Shown here piece after piece: positions 15,101 to 28,800 of a stretch of DNA of 64,000 nucleotides. A program made the translations under genes and the position numbers. The DNA comes from Antedon mediterranea (lineage: Eukaryota > Animalia > Echinodermata), in NCBI RefSeq assembly GCF_964355755.1, contig NC_092680.1, positions 310,001 through 374,000 on the forward strand, given 5' to 3'. Each line of letters starts with the position of its first letter. Within the stretch, counting starts at the first letter, position 1. Under the pieces are notes generated by a model that made no database searches, was not told the origin of the DNA, and saw only the letters and a program-made list of their open reading frames with translations.

Positions 15101-18100
15101 AAACGATGATCGGCAACAGTGAAATAAATAATACATAAACAGTGACATATAATTTATTAAATTATAATAAAACATCTTTCATTCTCAGTGTCAAATAAAT
15201 TTATTACATTAAACGAGACTTTCCATTTCGTCAGATTAGGAATATAGCTTTTGTTCTGCAATTCTAACCATACTGAATCTCCTTATATGGATTCTTATAA
15301 TAGCGTACTCTCCTCATTATCCAATCTCAGATTTCTTTTTTTCAAACAAATTTTCCCAATAATATTTATTTCAATGAAATGAAGGTTACAACTATTTATA
15401 TACTGAAGACTAAATAAAATAAATGTTCCCCAATGGTATCATTTATTTGGTAATGCGCATTTCACAGTTAAACTATTGTGACTGTCAAGTCCTCTTTTTC
15501 TTTTCATTCTTCTTTCTTTCTACAATTTTTTCTACCTAAAAGTGATATCTAATGGTGATAATTAGGACGCTCAAATGGACGTTCAGCTCATAAACATTCA
15601 TTATTTGTATATTAGTTGGGCCAACATTTGGTTCACATGTTGGCCACAATTTGAGACACTGTTGTGCTTGAACAACTTAAAAATCATTGCTACTAAATCA
15701 TCATTAATATTAAAGCTAAACCATAGAAAATATCTCAATGGGTAAACTAAGGAAACATGTTATTTTATTTATGTCGTGAGGTAATTTTGTACCTTCACAC
15801 AGTTTAAGAGAGTTCAAGAGAGGCTTATGATTATCAATTGAAAGAATTATGTGGCACAACCAATTCCCATCTTGAAAATAAAAAGGTAACAAAAGCCAAC
15901 TGAATCATAAGATAGACTTTATGTTTGTGAATAATATTTACTCAAACTCTCATTATCTCCAAAAATGATAATTTACATGTTGTTTGATTATCCACATTGT
16001 CCTTATAAAACACGAGGAGCATCAAGAATTACGTCACGTAACCTTAAATGTTTCCATGCGACAGATCACTTGGTAATTTTCATGTCAATTTAAGAAGCTG
16101 TTTTAATTTAAAAGACGTGCTTAATCTAGGAAGATGTATGATCTAATAAAACCACAGAAAATGTGTTTCCTAGTCTGGCATGTATGGCCATTGGCTCCAC
16201 AATGTCTTGCAATAGTTAGTGGAGGAAAGTTCATTAACTAAAACACACACACAGACAAAACAATCCACCTTGTGCTCATCGATATGTTGATTTAATAAAC
16301 TGAAATGAGTGGCTGGAAGAGCAAACGTAAATTTGAATATTTGTTAATACGTAATTAAATAAAGAAGTCCTTGGTTTTCTAAATGATGTTTTTAATTTTA
16401 AAAATAAAGATAAATGTATATATTATTATAAGCATGATATTAACAAATATATTATATATTATATTTATAATTATTATTATTATTAGTATGTTAATATTAT
16501 AATAATTTCTAACACTGATGTAGGTAGGCTAACTCTGAAAATAATTATTAAGGCTGCAACACACAAGGACGATAACAAATTGACAATAAATAGATAAACA
16601 CACTTTTGTGTTCATAAAACAAAAGAAATTAGAAAAGTTTTATAATTGAAATAAAAAATTGCTACCTTCTCGATTGGTTTAGGCCTTAGCCTAGCATCTT
16701 ATTCAGAAATTGGATTGCTACCTTCTCGATTGGTTTAGGCCTTAGCCTAGCATCTTATTCAGAAATTGGATTGCTACCTTCTCGATTGGTTTAGGCCTTA
16801 GCCTAGCATCTTATTCAAGAATTAAAATTCAAAGAAAGATGAAACATTCTATTTTCAATTGGCCTCACCTTTCATCTTTCACCTCTTGAAATTATTTGTA
16901 CCATTGGACTCATAAACATTCCTTATTATTAATATAAGCTAACTTTGTAAATTGTCTATCCTTATGACAATCAATATCGCATGCTGAAATAGATGTTTGA
17001 ATATTCAGGCACTATGGGGCTACATTTATGACTTGTCATAGGATGACCATGCACAGTGTTGTAAATAATAATAATTCATTTACTATATATTATTATTAAT
17101 AATTTTGTTTGTTCCTCTAGGATGTTCAAAAAGTACTACTAACTCAATGGCTAAGCATACATTCACTGATGCGCCTACTGTACTAGTGAGTAGCTGCTAG
17201 CCTAGTCGGTAGCTTAGCCTAGCAGTAGTCTAGCTAGGCCTGGGCTGGCTAGGCGCGCCTACAACCCCCGGTCTAGCCTAGGCTAGCCTAGTTAGTATCT
17301 AGCCAAGCCTAGTAGACCACACTACCGGAAATCTGGTAAGCCTAATTATGTCTAAGGGCCTTAGCTAGTTTCACACAAACCATTACCATTGAATAGGCCT
17401 AAATTCATGATACAAACAGGCTTTTATTTTATCACCGAAAACTATGCGAAAACTTTTTAGGGAATTCCCCCAACTCTTAATACAGCCCGCCCTCATCGTT
17501 CCTAATTTAGAAAACTTTTTGAAGAATGTAAAGTACAGTACATGCTTAAAAAATAGTACACTCAAAACCATTTTATTGTAATTGTTTTGTACGGTAACAT
17601 AAATCCTTTTTATAGCCTAAACAATGTTTGTGAAACATTCATTTTCCCCAACTTTGACAAGACGAATTGTACACTGTAATAACCAACTATCTCCAGATCA
17701 TTATAACCATGCCACCGAGAATGTTAACAATTTACTATGAAATAGTTTTCAATCATAATCTCACTTCACATTGTTTCTCTTTGAAATGTTACAGGTGTAA
17801 AAAATTAAAAGTACAGATACAATGGTTACAGAGGCCTCTTTGTCAGACTTGCTTGTGGAGTATCCAAGAGGACAACAACCACCAAGTACCACTAAGTACC
17901 AAGTAGCAAGTAAGTACTTACGTGTTGACTGCTGCTGGTATCCTGAACACCAACCGCACCACGTTTACTGCACCACCAGCCATTATCTTGTGCATACGCT
18001 GACAGAACCAAGACGGGAAAGAAACCTAATGTTACCCAGGCTTCCCAAAGATCAATTATTCCTGGAGTAATCAACATTAAAACAACTAACATCCAAATAT

Positions 18101-18674
18101 ATGCAAAAATCGACCAAACTGCCGTTAGCATAAACACACCAAAGTCATTGATTCGCTTCGTCTGCGGCGACGGCACACTGGCCACGCACACGGCTGTGAT
18201 CATAAGCAGGTTGAACGCCGCACTGCCGATAATTGTATAAGTTCCAAGACTATCTTTCTTTTCAAGTACAGTTAATGTACTCACAGTTTCAACAACTGCA
18301 AGTAAAATTTCAGGTGCACTGCTCCCCAGTGCCATAAGTGTCAGGTTCGCTACTGTCTCGTTCCAAACTAATACTTCTCTTTCCGTTCGTGCGTTTTTAT
18401 CAGCGTCCCATTTCACAACTGTTTTCTTTTTACTTGTTATTACCTCTATACTGCACATAAACACATCGCTTATTATAGCTATGCCTATGAAGATATATAC
18501 CATGGCAAGGATGTATAGAAATCCCCGTATTCCTTCCGACCAGAGGTTTTCGGCGGGAAGTAGCAGCCAACTGGTGCATGGTTCAATGTCTGCATTATCA
18601 AGAATTTCTATCACATAACCACGTGAATAATTTGTATAATGCCAAACCATTGTCGTTAGCTCATCGGCCTCACC
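6751..18674 (-). CDS. SLC8A: Na+/Ca2+ exchanger (SLC8/NCX family), 5' part; exons 18674-17922, 10766-10675, 8078-8034, 7408-7325, 6887-6751 (or 6679); continues beyond the left edge
   Basis: Large exon encodes NCX TM1-5 with alpha-1 repeat ([31 protein letters not shown]). Downstream GT/AG exons chain in phase 0,2,2,2 and give [17 protein letters not shown], resembling NCX loop SRAFYRIQATRLMTG. No Calx-beta exon found in 1-6678. Confidence 0.85.
8276..8537. repeat. 90-bp tandem repeat x3
   Basis: aagcgccatgccac at 8281, 8371, 8461. Confidence 0.9.
9034..9257. mobile_element. Degenerate copy of the AAGCTCTGTCTACAC MITE family with an internal ~30-bp tandem expansion
   Basis: Repeated catatatggacacgatgacatcatatca matches the MITE interior. 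Confidence 0.7.
10345..10408. repeat. 12-bp repeat x5
   Basis: Unit ttttggtatgag. Confidence 0.9.
10484..10652. repeat. 34-bp minisatellite x5, just downstream of an NCX donor
   Basis: Unit acacaatacaatagttactataattagacacatt. Confidence 0.9.
11661..12630. repeat. Compound (ACT/ATT/ACC)n microsatellite, continued at 13955-14070
   Basis: Triplet array with a recurring actgtagtggttact landmark on both sides of the hAT insertion. Confidence 0.97.
12631..13954 (-). mobile_element. Internally deleted hAT DNA transposon with transposase C-terminal remnant
   Basis: TIR caggggcgcagccag / ctggctgcgcccctg; ctact on both flanks. Minus-strand [41 protein letters not shown] is the hAT dimerisation domain, broken by a stop and frameshifts. 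Confidence 0.88.
14643..15088. repeat. ~55-bp minisatellite x8
   Basis: Unit aacttaacaaaaaggttagccacaaaacactatagcctatatatgcatagtcctt. Confidence 0.95.
15195..15420 (-). mobile_element. Possible decayed L1/Tx1-like LINE 3' end
   Basis: Minus frame INILLGKFV*KK...NLTKW resembles an L1-clade ORF2 C-terminus; stops present. Confidence 0.35.
16658..16817. repeat. 56-bp tandem repeat, about 3 copies
   Basis: Unit begins attgctaccttctcgattggtttaggcc. Confidence 0.9.
17180..17500. promoter_or_regulatory. Promoter-like island inside an NCX intron
   Basis: CTAG/AGGCCT-rich tract, ETS ACCGGAAAT (17324), NF-kB-type GGGAATTCCC (17460), GC box (17485), donor-like sites on both strands. Confidence 0.4.
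17922..18674 (-). CDS. SLC8A: NCX large N-terminal exon (TM1-5, alpha-1 repeat); in-frame ATG at 18650
   Basis: Acceptor tactttcag, donor CAC/gtaagt; strong NCX motifs. Confidence 0.93.
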
Positions 18675-19234
18675 CTGAAAGTAAATGTATACATCATTAA
18701 TTTTATTGAACTTGCTTGGACCCATGCAAAACACTGTGACCTCCTCTGTCGTCACATAAAAGATTAATAAATGAACAATTATTATTTTAAACCGTAAAAT
18801 GTATAATTGCAATTTATGTAAACGTCCCTGATTATCCCCAATACCAGTTTTAATGTTAAATATTAATGTTTAATGCTAATTTTCAATGTTAATTTGAATG
18901 TTAATCCTAATCACGCGCGAAATGCTGCTACGCACGCCCGTACGCACGTCGCATCATGTTCGTGTTGTGTCAACGCTTGCAACCAATTATGATTCTTCGT
19001 TGACAATTTATTACGAACAACATAGACAAAATTCGTTCCTAAAACAAAGCGACTATGATTCTTAATAATGCTATTGGTCTATATATCCTATATTTAGTTG
19101 CATCTTTGTATTTAGCCGCAATAATCAATGAATCTACAATCATATAATAAATTAAATTTTATTTTATCGTTTCTAAATTAGCATCTTAACAATCGGCTTA
19201 TATCTATATGTTTTATGATCCATTTTGATTAGCA

Positions 19235-19261
19235 TTGCCCAGCAACGGTTACCATGGTAAT
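19235..19261. promoter_or_regulatory. Tandem RFX X-box-like motifs upstream of the NCX large exon
   Basis: ATTGCCCAGCAAC followed by GTTACCATGGTAAT. Confidence 0.45.
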
Positions 19262-19471
19262 CATTCTTTAAAGTCGTGTTTTACAATACCCTTTAACAAC
19301 TTGGTTCATACTAATCTTATTATAATTTTAGTAAGAAAAAAAAGTTTGTTATTGTAAACGTCAGTAGGTAAAAATGGCACTGTGAAAGATATTTAATTTC
19401 GTTTTTAAAGCTGTTTCAATTTTTCGATAAAATAAATTTTACAGAATAACGCATACAAAAAGTGACGATCC

Positions 19472-19718
19472 CACTACATGTTATTCGACATGGTATTACT
19501 TACCACACTTACTTACTTATTTACCGTTTACACTACATGTTATTCGACATGGTATTACTTACCACACTTACTTACTTATTTACCGTTTACACTACATGTT
19601 ATTCGACATGGTATTACTTACTACACTTACTTACTTATTTACCGTTTACACTACATGTTATTCGACATGGTATTACTTACCACACTAACCACACTTACTT
19701 ACTTATTTACCGTTTACA
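19472..19718. repeat. 59-bp minisatellite x4
   Basis: Unit cactacatgttattcgacatggtattacttaccacacttacttacttatttaccgttta. Confidence 0.93.
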
Positions 19719-20844
19719 CATACCTTATAGTTTTTAATGTATATAGGCCTAAGTAAGTAACATGTAAAGAATTGATTTTTCCTACATTTTTTCCAAAACA
19801 CATTTAAACAACGTTAATTTAATAAAAACAAATATTAAATTATTCAAAATAAAACATTAAATATTAAATTATCTTGGACTTTAGCTAGATGTAAATACTT
19901 GTCTCTCATAAACCTCTTGTTACGAACATTGAAATGGCTTTCTCATGTACTGTGATTTTAAATAACATTATCCATTGAACATTCTGTTGACCTAGAAGCC
20001 AAACTAATAGTAACGTGTAATCAATGTATTTCAAATACAATACTCCTCAATTAACGTATTCTGTAAAATCATTTTAGGTAATCATAATCATATCATCATT
20101 CTGACAGTAAACTCATCACGGGTTCTGACGACTTCCTCTGTTCATAAATAACACTCAATGACAAGAAGTTTTTTAATCTCATAGGCCTAACATTTTGTTC
20201 CTAGATTTGTCTTAAGCTTTTTATAAGTGATGACAAGAAAAACACTAACATTACATCACCTCATATCAATCACACGTATTTAGTAAATATGGTTAAATGT
20301 CACAATAAGTTATTAACATTTTAGTGTGATTTGTGTTCTAATAATAGGATCAAAGGAAAATAAGATAATAATAATAATGTCAACACACCCAAACAATAAG
20401 CACGAAGCTAAAAAGTAAAATGTCGATATAAAGTTTGCGGTACACCACGACATTATATCAACATTTCGCCATGCAAACCTTTAAAAAATATGTGTAAAAT
20501 GTCATCATAATAAAACATTGTGTGGTTAATTTTTTTTAACGGATTAAAATGTGCTTTTATTGTTGCTTTTTCTTTTATATTTATGTTCATTTTTGTAAAT
20601 GTTGTTGCTTAACCGCACCTTGATGTTAAGGTGAATGTTAATACATTTTGTGAAACGTGCTTCTTATATATTGACTTGTTTATACAATATATAATGACAT
20701 ACTGTCTGGTTTTGTCGTCCGTTGCGAATGTATTTTTAATCCATGTTTTTCACACAGCCTCTCATTTTACACAGTTTCTATTTTGTATACAAAATCTGTT
20801 CACACGCTGCCAACACCTACACATATTATGATACGTTCATTTAC

Positions 20845-20889
20845 GGCTTGTATGTCGTCAAGTGATTGTAAGGTTGCCGCTGCCGCCAT
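20845..20889 (-). CDS. Candidate upstream coding exon of NCX (MAAAATLQSLDDIQA)
   Basis: agcATGg context; phase-0 donor GCC/gtaaat matches the phase-0 acceptor at 18674. Confidence 0.35.
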
Positions 20890-22755
20890 GCTTTTGATAT
20901 ATTGTTTATGATGTTTTCGGAATATTGATTTGCATAATGGTATTCACGTACTCATTCGTTAGTTTGATAACAGCATTAGTAGTTGCATTTCCAATATGCC
21001 ACTGCATACTTAATTACCGTACACTCGTCTTCAATCCACAAATCGTGTTTAAAATAAAGTTAATGTTTCAAGTTTTAATGTTCATCATGTATAATAATTA
21101 TTAAATACTGTGTTAACAACCTGTATTGATTGTCTGAAATTACAAAATGTGAAAACAGTTTTACGCACACAAAAGAGGAAAAGCAATGTGTTGAAACACA
21201 TGAATATATGTTAAAATGCAGGTGTATTGCAATCATGTATTGAAATTTAAATAATTCTTTTAGTATTCTAAATTATATATTACATCAATATTTTCTAGGA
21301 CTAACATTTTCAACTATTTGTTATCCTACGTTGTTAATGGAATGCTAGTACTTCCCGATTTCTATCCACATTACATTACAAGAGGAAGAAAGATTCTCGT
21401 GCATTTCTTTTGGATCCAAGAGGAGAATCATACGCTATATGATAGCATCATTCCACCATTAAAGCGTCTCTATATACATTGTCAAACTTTATGTGACAAA
21501 TAAATGTGATGTGTCCATGATGATGATGTCATATCACTATAACTATATATGGACACATCACACTTGTTTTGTCAAAATAGATAGTGTAGACACATAGCTT
21601 TTAACACATTCTTACTCATACAATGTTTGGTGAAGGAAGGGGTTAATGGTTAAAAGCAACCAAACACAATATAGTTTCTAAAGCTCTTTTTACATTATCA
21701 AAGAGTATGTGGCAAAAAAATGTGATGTGCCCATATATTGACATGATGATGTCATATCACTACCATATTTGAGGATATCACTACCATATTTGGGCACATC
21801 ACACTTTTTTTTTCGAACTACATTGATAATGTAGACAGAGCTTCAAAAGCATGTAAATTGATTGTTATAAAGTCAATGGTGTTGTATCGAGTTAGTCGCA
21901 AAATATTGCTTATCCGAAAGACACCGGTATACACGTCTAATTTAATCTTTTTGCTCGTCTCGTATCTCAAAGTTACTAATCTGAATGCATCATCATTAAT
22001 GGAACTGTCGCTGTCACACTAAACCGAATAAGTCAAGTTGCTCCTTTTCATTTTTAAATAATTACATCAATCTTCTCTTCTTTGACCTATGACCCCTTTC
22101 ATTAATCTATTTGATTTACGTTCTACCTTTGGCTCTGCTTGTGATATTCACTCGAAAGTGTTTTCTATACATACAAAAAATAAAACACATTCAAATACAT
22201 ACAAAATGTACTGAGCTATGTTACGCGAAACATACGAGCATTAATGCTAAAATAGCTAACTTGCGCTTTCTTAAAAAGCAAAAGAATTATGAGTTTGACT
22301 TACTATATACTAATAAAACCATTTTAAAGCATTTACTCTGCTAAAAAACCTAAGAAGGTAACAACTTACAGTCAAAAGAATGAATTAACACATAATACAA
22401 GGATTCTGCTTGTGCATTTAGTATAAAAACGAGTGTGTAGACGCTGAACAAAATCAGAGAATTACATATCATCAGCAAACGAAATCAATGATCACCAACA
22501 AATAATAGTTTACTTAGTTCAATGATATTGATGTATATCAGTAAAAACGGCCTGGTTGTGTGAGCAACGCTTTCTCTTTACTAATTATTCAACAAATTAT
22601 GATTTCACTTCACTATATATTTGTCAATTCAGATCATCAATCAAACCATATATAAATAGAACACAAAACATGAGTAAAATGACATTTTAGGCAATGACAT
22701 GACATGACATGACATGACATTTTAGGCAATGTCAAATATATTTTACATTATAACT

Positions 22756-22918
22756 AAAGCTCTGGCTACACTATCAAACGTATGTGACAAAAAAAATGTG
22801 ATGAACTCATAATGCACATGATGATGTGATATCACTACCATAGTTGAGCACATTACTACCATATTTGGACTATCACACTTGTTTTGTCAAACTAGTTTGA
22901 TAGTGTAGACAGAGCTTT
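22756..22918. mobile_element. ~165-bp MITE (TIR AAAGCTCTGTCTACACTATCAAAC), TA/TWA flanks
   Basis: TIRs at both ends; relatives at about 21460-21601, 21680-21843, 24025-24109, 33881-34043, 34983-35120, 48728-48865, 61290-61429. Confidence 0.85.
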
Positions 22919-25494
22919 ACTGTAATCTCGTACCCGTAGATTGTTCATCTTCTTATAGTGTAAAATGACTCTTATTTTACTTAATAACGTGTGACGTGTA
23001 ATACTGTAACGTTTGACTACAAATCGAATTATGATATTTTAATACCTGTTTCAGTTATCTAAAAGTTACATACAAATCAAATTAGACATGGACTGATGCC
23101 ATTGCTTGATTGGGATTATTTTACAGTTCAAAATCCTATCACGTCTGAATGGATCGAGAGAAAGCAATTAAAAGCATTGAGAAGCATGGAAACACCTTCA
23201 AACATAATGTCGTTACTTATAATTTAGTTCTAATAACATCTTCCTTCTTGCTTATTTGTCTTAATTTTTTGTATTATGTTCTCTTCTTCTGACTTATTCT
23301 TTAATTCCACTTTTGCTGAACTATCTTTAAATTCTTATAGTATTATTTTTCTTCCTAATTTTAACTTTTCTTATTAATTAAACTCTTTTTTTCTGTTTCT
23401 TACTTAGGCCTATTCATCTTCTTGTTACGATGCTCATCCTAATAGAATGCATAGTAATGCTATTTAGCAATTATTCGTTGAGTAATAGCCGTAACTGTTA
23501 AATCACCAATTAACATAACCACCAAAATGTAGGCATAACATTTCGTATAACAGATTCAATGGCCGCTTTGCATCAATCAGAATGACCTTTAACCTTTTAG
23601 TCCTCACAATGTGTTTTACTAAGTCTTTATTTCTATTCAGAACATTTTGTTATTTGATACAATGATTGGCATACTTGGTAATACAGGGCCGTACGTAGGA
23701 TTTGGGCTGGGGCGAATTTATCTAATTGGGACCAATTTCACAATACTGAGTAATTTGCAAGAGAAGAAAGCAACCATGGGCTGGGGTGCCGCCAAGAGCC
23801 GCCAATCTTTTATTAATTCCAATTGGTTTACCATTACGGGGCTCATAAATACAGCACATTTCTTTTAAGTTTAAAAATTCTGAATTAAAATTAAGGTTAA
23901 TAAATAAGATAAAAAATGGCCGGTGGTGGCAATTGACCGGGTGGCAAAAGGCCTAAGGTGGCAATGGACCAGGTGGAAAAAGACTAGGTGGCTAAAGGCC
24001 AGGCGGCAACGGGCCTAGACCCATTGATATGACATCATCTTGTCCATCCATCATGGGCATATCATTTTTTTTTTGTTTCACATAAAGTTTGATAGTGTAG
24101 ACAGAGCTTTAGATTGATTTTTCATCAATATAATGCGCATCTTATCTGAAAATGTGACTATAATAAAGAAAAAACATCGTCTGTTAACTATAGGCCTAAT
24201 GAATACATAAACCACAATCTCTAGCGGGGTAATCACGGCCTTTGAAAATCATTAGGAAGTATAGCAGTCAAATATAAATTATGCAATGAAGTGGTAGCTC
24301 TTTTTAATTTCCTAGAAACACCCGTAGGAGCAATATTAAATAATAAACAATATTAATTGTTACATAGAAACAAATTAAAATACGCCAAGGCAATAATTGC
24401 CTAACCACGAACTTGTATATATTCATACGCCAAACAAGTAAAATTCGCGACGTTAGAAACAATATTTTATTAGATAAAATATCAACCATAATTATTAGTT
24501 TATCCAATTATGATGGCGAATTTGGCTCATTAAAAACCTCGTAATCACATAATGTTCAATGATGCATTATTTCACGCAAACAATAACACATTTTGGAACT
24601 TGACCAGAGAGTTGTTAACAATTGTTGAGTATCGCAAGAGAGAAAATCTGGTTTGTTACATCTTAATATTAACTTATTATACATTCCAATAATGATCAAT
24701 TTATGCCTATACCTGAGCGTTAAGAAATGTACCGTAATAATTCGTATTCTTTCAAGTAAAATTTTAACTACGGTAATACCTGTAGGGGCCTATACAGTAT
24801 TATATACAGCATTATTAGATCTATTATAATGAGTTGTATATGACTGGAACCCTCTATCGCAAGAATAACTAATGGGACAAATAAGCTAAGCCTCTAAGTC
24901 CTAAAAAGTTCAATGAAAATCAAGGTAACATTACGTTCCATTGTTTATTATACGAAGACTTACATGACTACATGAATTACAAACTCTGTAGTGCGATGTG
25001 AAGGAATAGCGTAAACAAACGTATACATACCGACTACACAGACAAAATATATCTGAAAGATTTCTGTGGTCTTGAAATCAATTGAACATACTAATTTAAC
25101 TCAAAATAAACGATATCTTTTATGCGATATTTTTTATTGTGTTCATAAGTCATTATTAATTATTATATTTTTTCAGTACTGTATATATACCGTACACCGT
25201 ATAATGTTTACAGTAAAGACAAATTAGTCTCAATATTATGCAATGAGGTGATGTTGCTCTTTTAATTTTAAATAAAGTTAGCGATTCTAATATAATTATG
25301 CCTACATTACAATTTAAACACATTCAGATGATCGTAAATATACTGCAAAAATGAGTTTAACCACATAATATAGGAGCGGAAAGGAAACATCAAACATTAC
25401 GGTTTCTTAGAAGAATACATAATTCTAAAATTAACATCCAGTAAACAGAATGACGGATGGAGTGCGATAGTCTGCAGAATCAGACGGTTTTGTA

Positions 25495-25896
25495 AACATG
25501 GTTTAATAACCCAATCTGTTATTCTGGTTGGTGGTCGTGGTACACCAAGGTTTATTAAACCAATTTGTTATTTTGGTTGGTGGTCGTGGTACATAATGGT
25601 TAATTAAACCTATTTGTTATTTTGGTCGGTGATCGTTGTGGTACACCATATTTTATTAAACCAATTTGTTATTTTGGTTGGTGGTCGTGGTACACCATGG
25701 TTTATAAAACCAATTTGTTATTTTAGTTGGTGGTCGCGGTACACAATGGTTTATTAAACCTATTTGTTATTTTGGTTGGTGGCCCTGTTACACAATGGTT
25801 TATTAAACCAATTGTTATTTTGGTTGTTGGTGGTCGTGGTGGTACACCATGTTTTATTAAACAAATTTGTAATTTTGGTTGGTGGTCGTGGTACAC
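25495..25896. repeat. ~45-bp minisatellite, about 9 copies
   Basis: Unit ggtttattaaaccaatttgttattttggttggtggtcgtggtacaccat. Confidence 0.92.
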
Positions 25897-28800
25897 TGTG
25901 CCCTGGAGGAAATTCCGCCATTGGTACACAATGACTGAATTACTAATAAAGTGTGACTAAGGTACGGGCGTGTTTGGAAGTTATGGTATATAAATACATG
26001 AGTTTATAATAATGTGATAATTGTGGTGCTCTTGGATATACACTGTATGGTAATGTTTGTGAGATTTGTTAGAAGACCATGTGACGATGATCCCGTCTCT
26101 AATGTTTATGTTTGTTCTTAAATTAAAACATAGATAGATAGACGTTTCAGATAATTCATATTCCATATAATTATAAAACCAAATCCCGGACTTGAAAACA
26201 TGTATTCAATAATGTTATACATTGAAATTGTACTTTGCAACAGACAAACATAACTCTACACTTTATAACAGACCATTATCAGTACACAAAACCTACCTAT
26301 TTTAAGACATAGTTCGATACGGTACGCAACTCAATATCAGTTGTATTCAAAGCACGTTATACAATAAATCGATACAGCTGCTGCTGCCTTGAAAAAGTCA
26401 GCTCTCTACCACACTAGTAATTCCACACATATTATCCTGGTTGAATTTTGTTTAAAGTACACATAGACAAGTTTTATCGTCGAACTTTTTGATTTGTAGA
26501 TGGCGGTTTACAGGTGTAAATCATCAACCCCTATCGTTCAGTGTTTTGTCTTGAGTTTAATTCAAATAAATATAAATAAGACCAAGACCTCTCTTGAGCA
26601 TTGTTCTTAACTGCAATTTTAAGATGCTAACTTGTCTTCCTAGCTCATATAAACGACTTGAAGACCAACGTTGTAAGACAATGCACTAATAGTGTACATT
26701 GATCTGGTACATGTCTATCAATGATGATTTAAAGAAGCCTGTCTACTAACACTTTGTATTGGAGCTGTCACTAAGAGCCATGACGTCACGACCAATACAA
26801 TAACGATAGTTTTTGTTTCATTTCGTGCGTTTAAATAATAGAATCGATGAAGCGTAGCGAATCTTCGATTATAAATTATTCATAAACCGCACTCTTGCAC
26901 ATAATCATCATAATTTCTTACATTTATCTTAATTGGTTTATTGAGGAAATGTTCTGAGTCTGCGCATTAACCACTGACTGGAAAACGATCGTCAGCCGAT
27001 GTTGTTCTGAGTACTAGGCCAAGTGGGTACTTTAAGAACTGGGACATACGTTAATTTGTTTTCATTTCCCCAGGGATTACAGAAGTACCTACCCTTTAAA
27101 CATGATCTTTATTGAATGATGTTTTAATATAGTACGTCTACTTTGTTTGAGAAGAAACGGTATGTTTACGGTCTGTGTATGCCTACGGTATTAACATTAG
27201 GCCTATGTTTGGAGCAAATGTGATTATCTTGTACTACTAGTGACGACACATAATTTCTAACATAACATTAAATTCTATATCAATTTAGAAATAATGATGA
27301 TCATTGTCAAGTGTATAGACAAATATAAGAAAACTAATGAAAAAGGGAGGTAATACGGAATTCAAGTAAAAATTTACTGATGAATTGTAACGACATTTAG
27401 AATTAATAAAAATGTGTTAAATTATATGATTTTATGTAATTACATGAGATAATATGAATGTGAATAAAAGTGGTGTTTGCGCCATAAAAAGAGAAAACAA
27501 AATTTGAAATAGATGACATTACTTCATAATCTAAATATAATTTAAATCTGTTGCAATAAAAATATAAAGTTTTACAATGACTTAAGTAGGCCTAAACAAA
27601 AAATCATATAGCATTATGAATATTCAACAGATAATGATAATGTTATGAGAAGCGTAATGTAAACAGAACTTAACATTATGTATATATCTAAGTACATTGC
27701 TTAATAACATTAATTCCATGTGACGTCTAAAAGTATAAAACTCAAACGAGTAAGTAACAGTTTGTTGAGGTATTTTAAAGCCTCCTCCATTAAAAGTATC
27801 AAAAGACATTACTGCAGAAAAGTAGCGGGAAAAGCAGACAAGTTATGGATGAAATAAGCTTCTAAGTAGGACAACCCTCTGACAACTGACGGCATCATTT
27901 CACAATAGAGACAGTAGGCTTACTTAGAATGTGCTTATTATGTTGGGTGCTATGCTATTGAAATCTAGGTAAACAGTTGTTTTCGCATAATGTTTTTTCA
28001 GTACTCTTGGGTGGGCTTCTTTTTCCACATGGATTTTTTTTCGAGATTACTTTTGCAAACTAAAAGAGGGGAGCTGCTAGGTTTCCACCCCAAAAATGTT
28101 TTATTTACATGATTTAATAAATTTAACAATGCGTGGTGCGTTGACTGCGAATGACTAACAATGTACCATCTTCCCCATTACAAATGCACAAACTCATTTG
28201 CATGACAACGCACAGCATACCAAACTGTTTAAAATAGAGCTGCAAGGTCCCCGGAAATGACATCTATTATTTTGAAACAAATGTATAAGAGTCTTCAGTA
28301 CCCCACCATGGTTGGGGCTGAGCGAAGATAATTTTGAAAAATAGAGCTGGTAGGTTTCCGCCCGAAAAAATGGTACTTTACATGATTTGAAATTATTTGA
28401 AACAAACTTTTTAAGACTCACCAGGACAATAGAGCTTGTCCACGGAAGGTACACCTATTCATTGAAACATAATTAAATATTAAGTCTCCAGAGTACTAGC
28501 CATCCGTGGTTGAGGCAGAGCTCAGAATGAACATAGAGCTAAGTCCCCAGAATTGCACTTATACTTATTATTATACATAATCACCTATGATAATTATGAT
28601 AATGTATGTCTACAACTATCCAGATCGACTTTACAATGTTAGGTGGGATTTTCTACTTAACAAACTCGACTTCGTAAATGTCTAAGGCCTAGCCCGGCGG
28701 CGGAATTTATCTAAGTTTCGAAGTTGGTCTACACATTGGCATCTTTGCAAATGTTCTATATTTGATCTTATTTCACTCCCCTTAACCCCATACAAAAACC

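Noticed and set aside
18675-18812. N-terminal extension of ORF 17892..18812 as an NCX signal peptide
   Set aside because: Starts at TTG in AT-rich sequence upstream of a clear acceptor at 18675; read as intron
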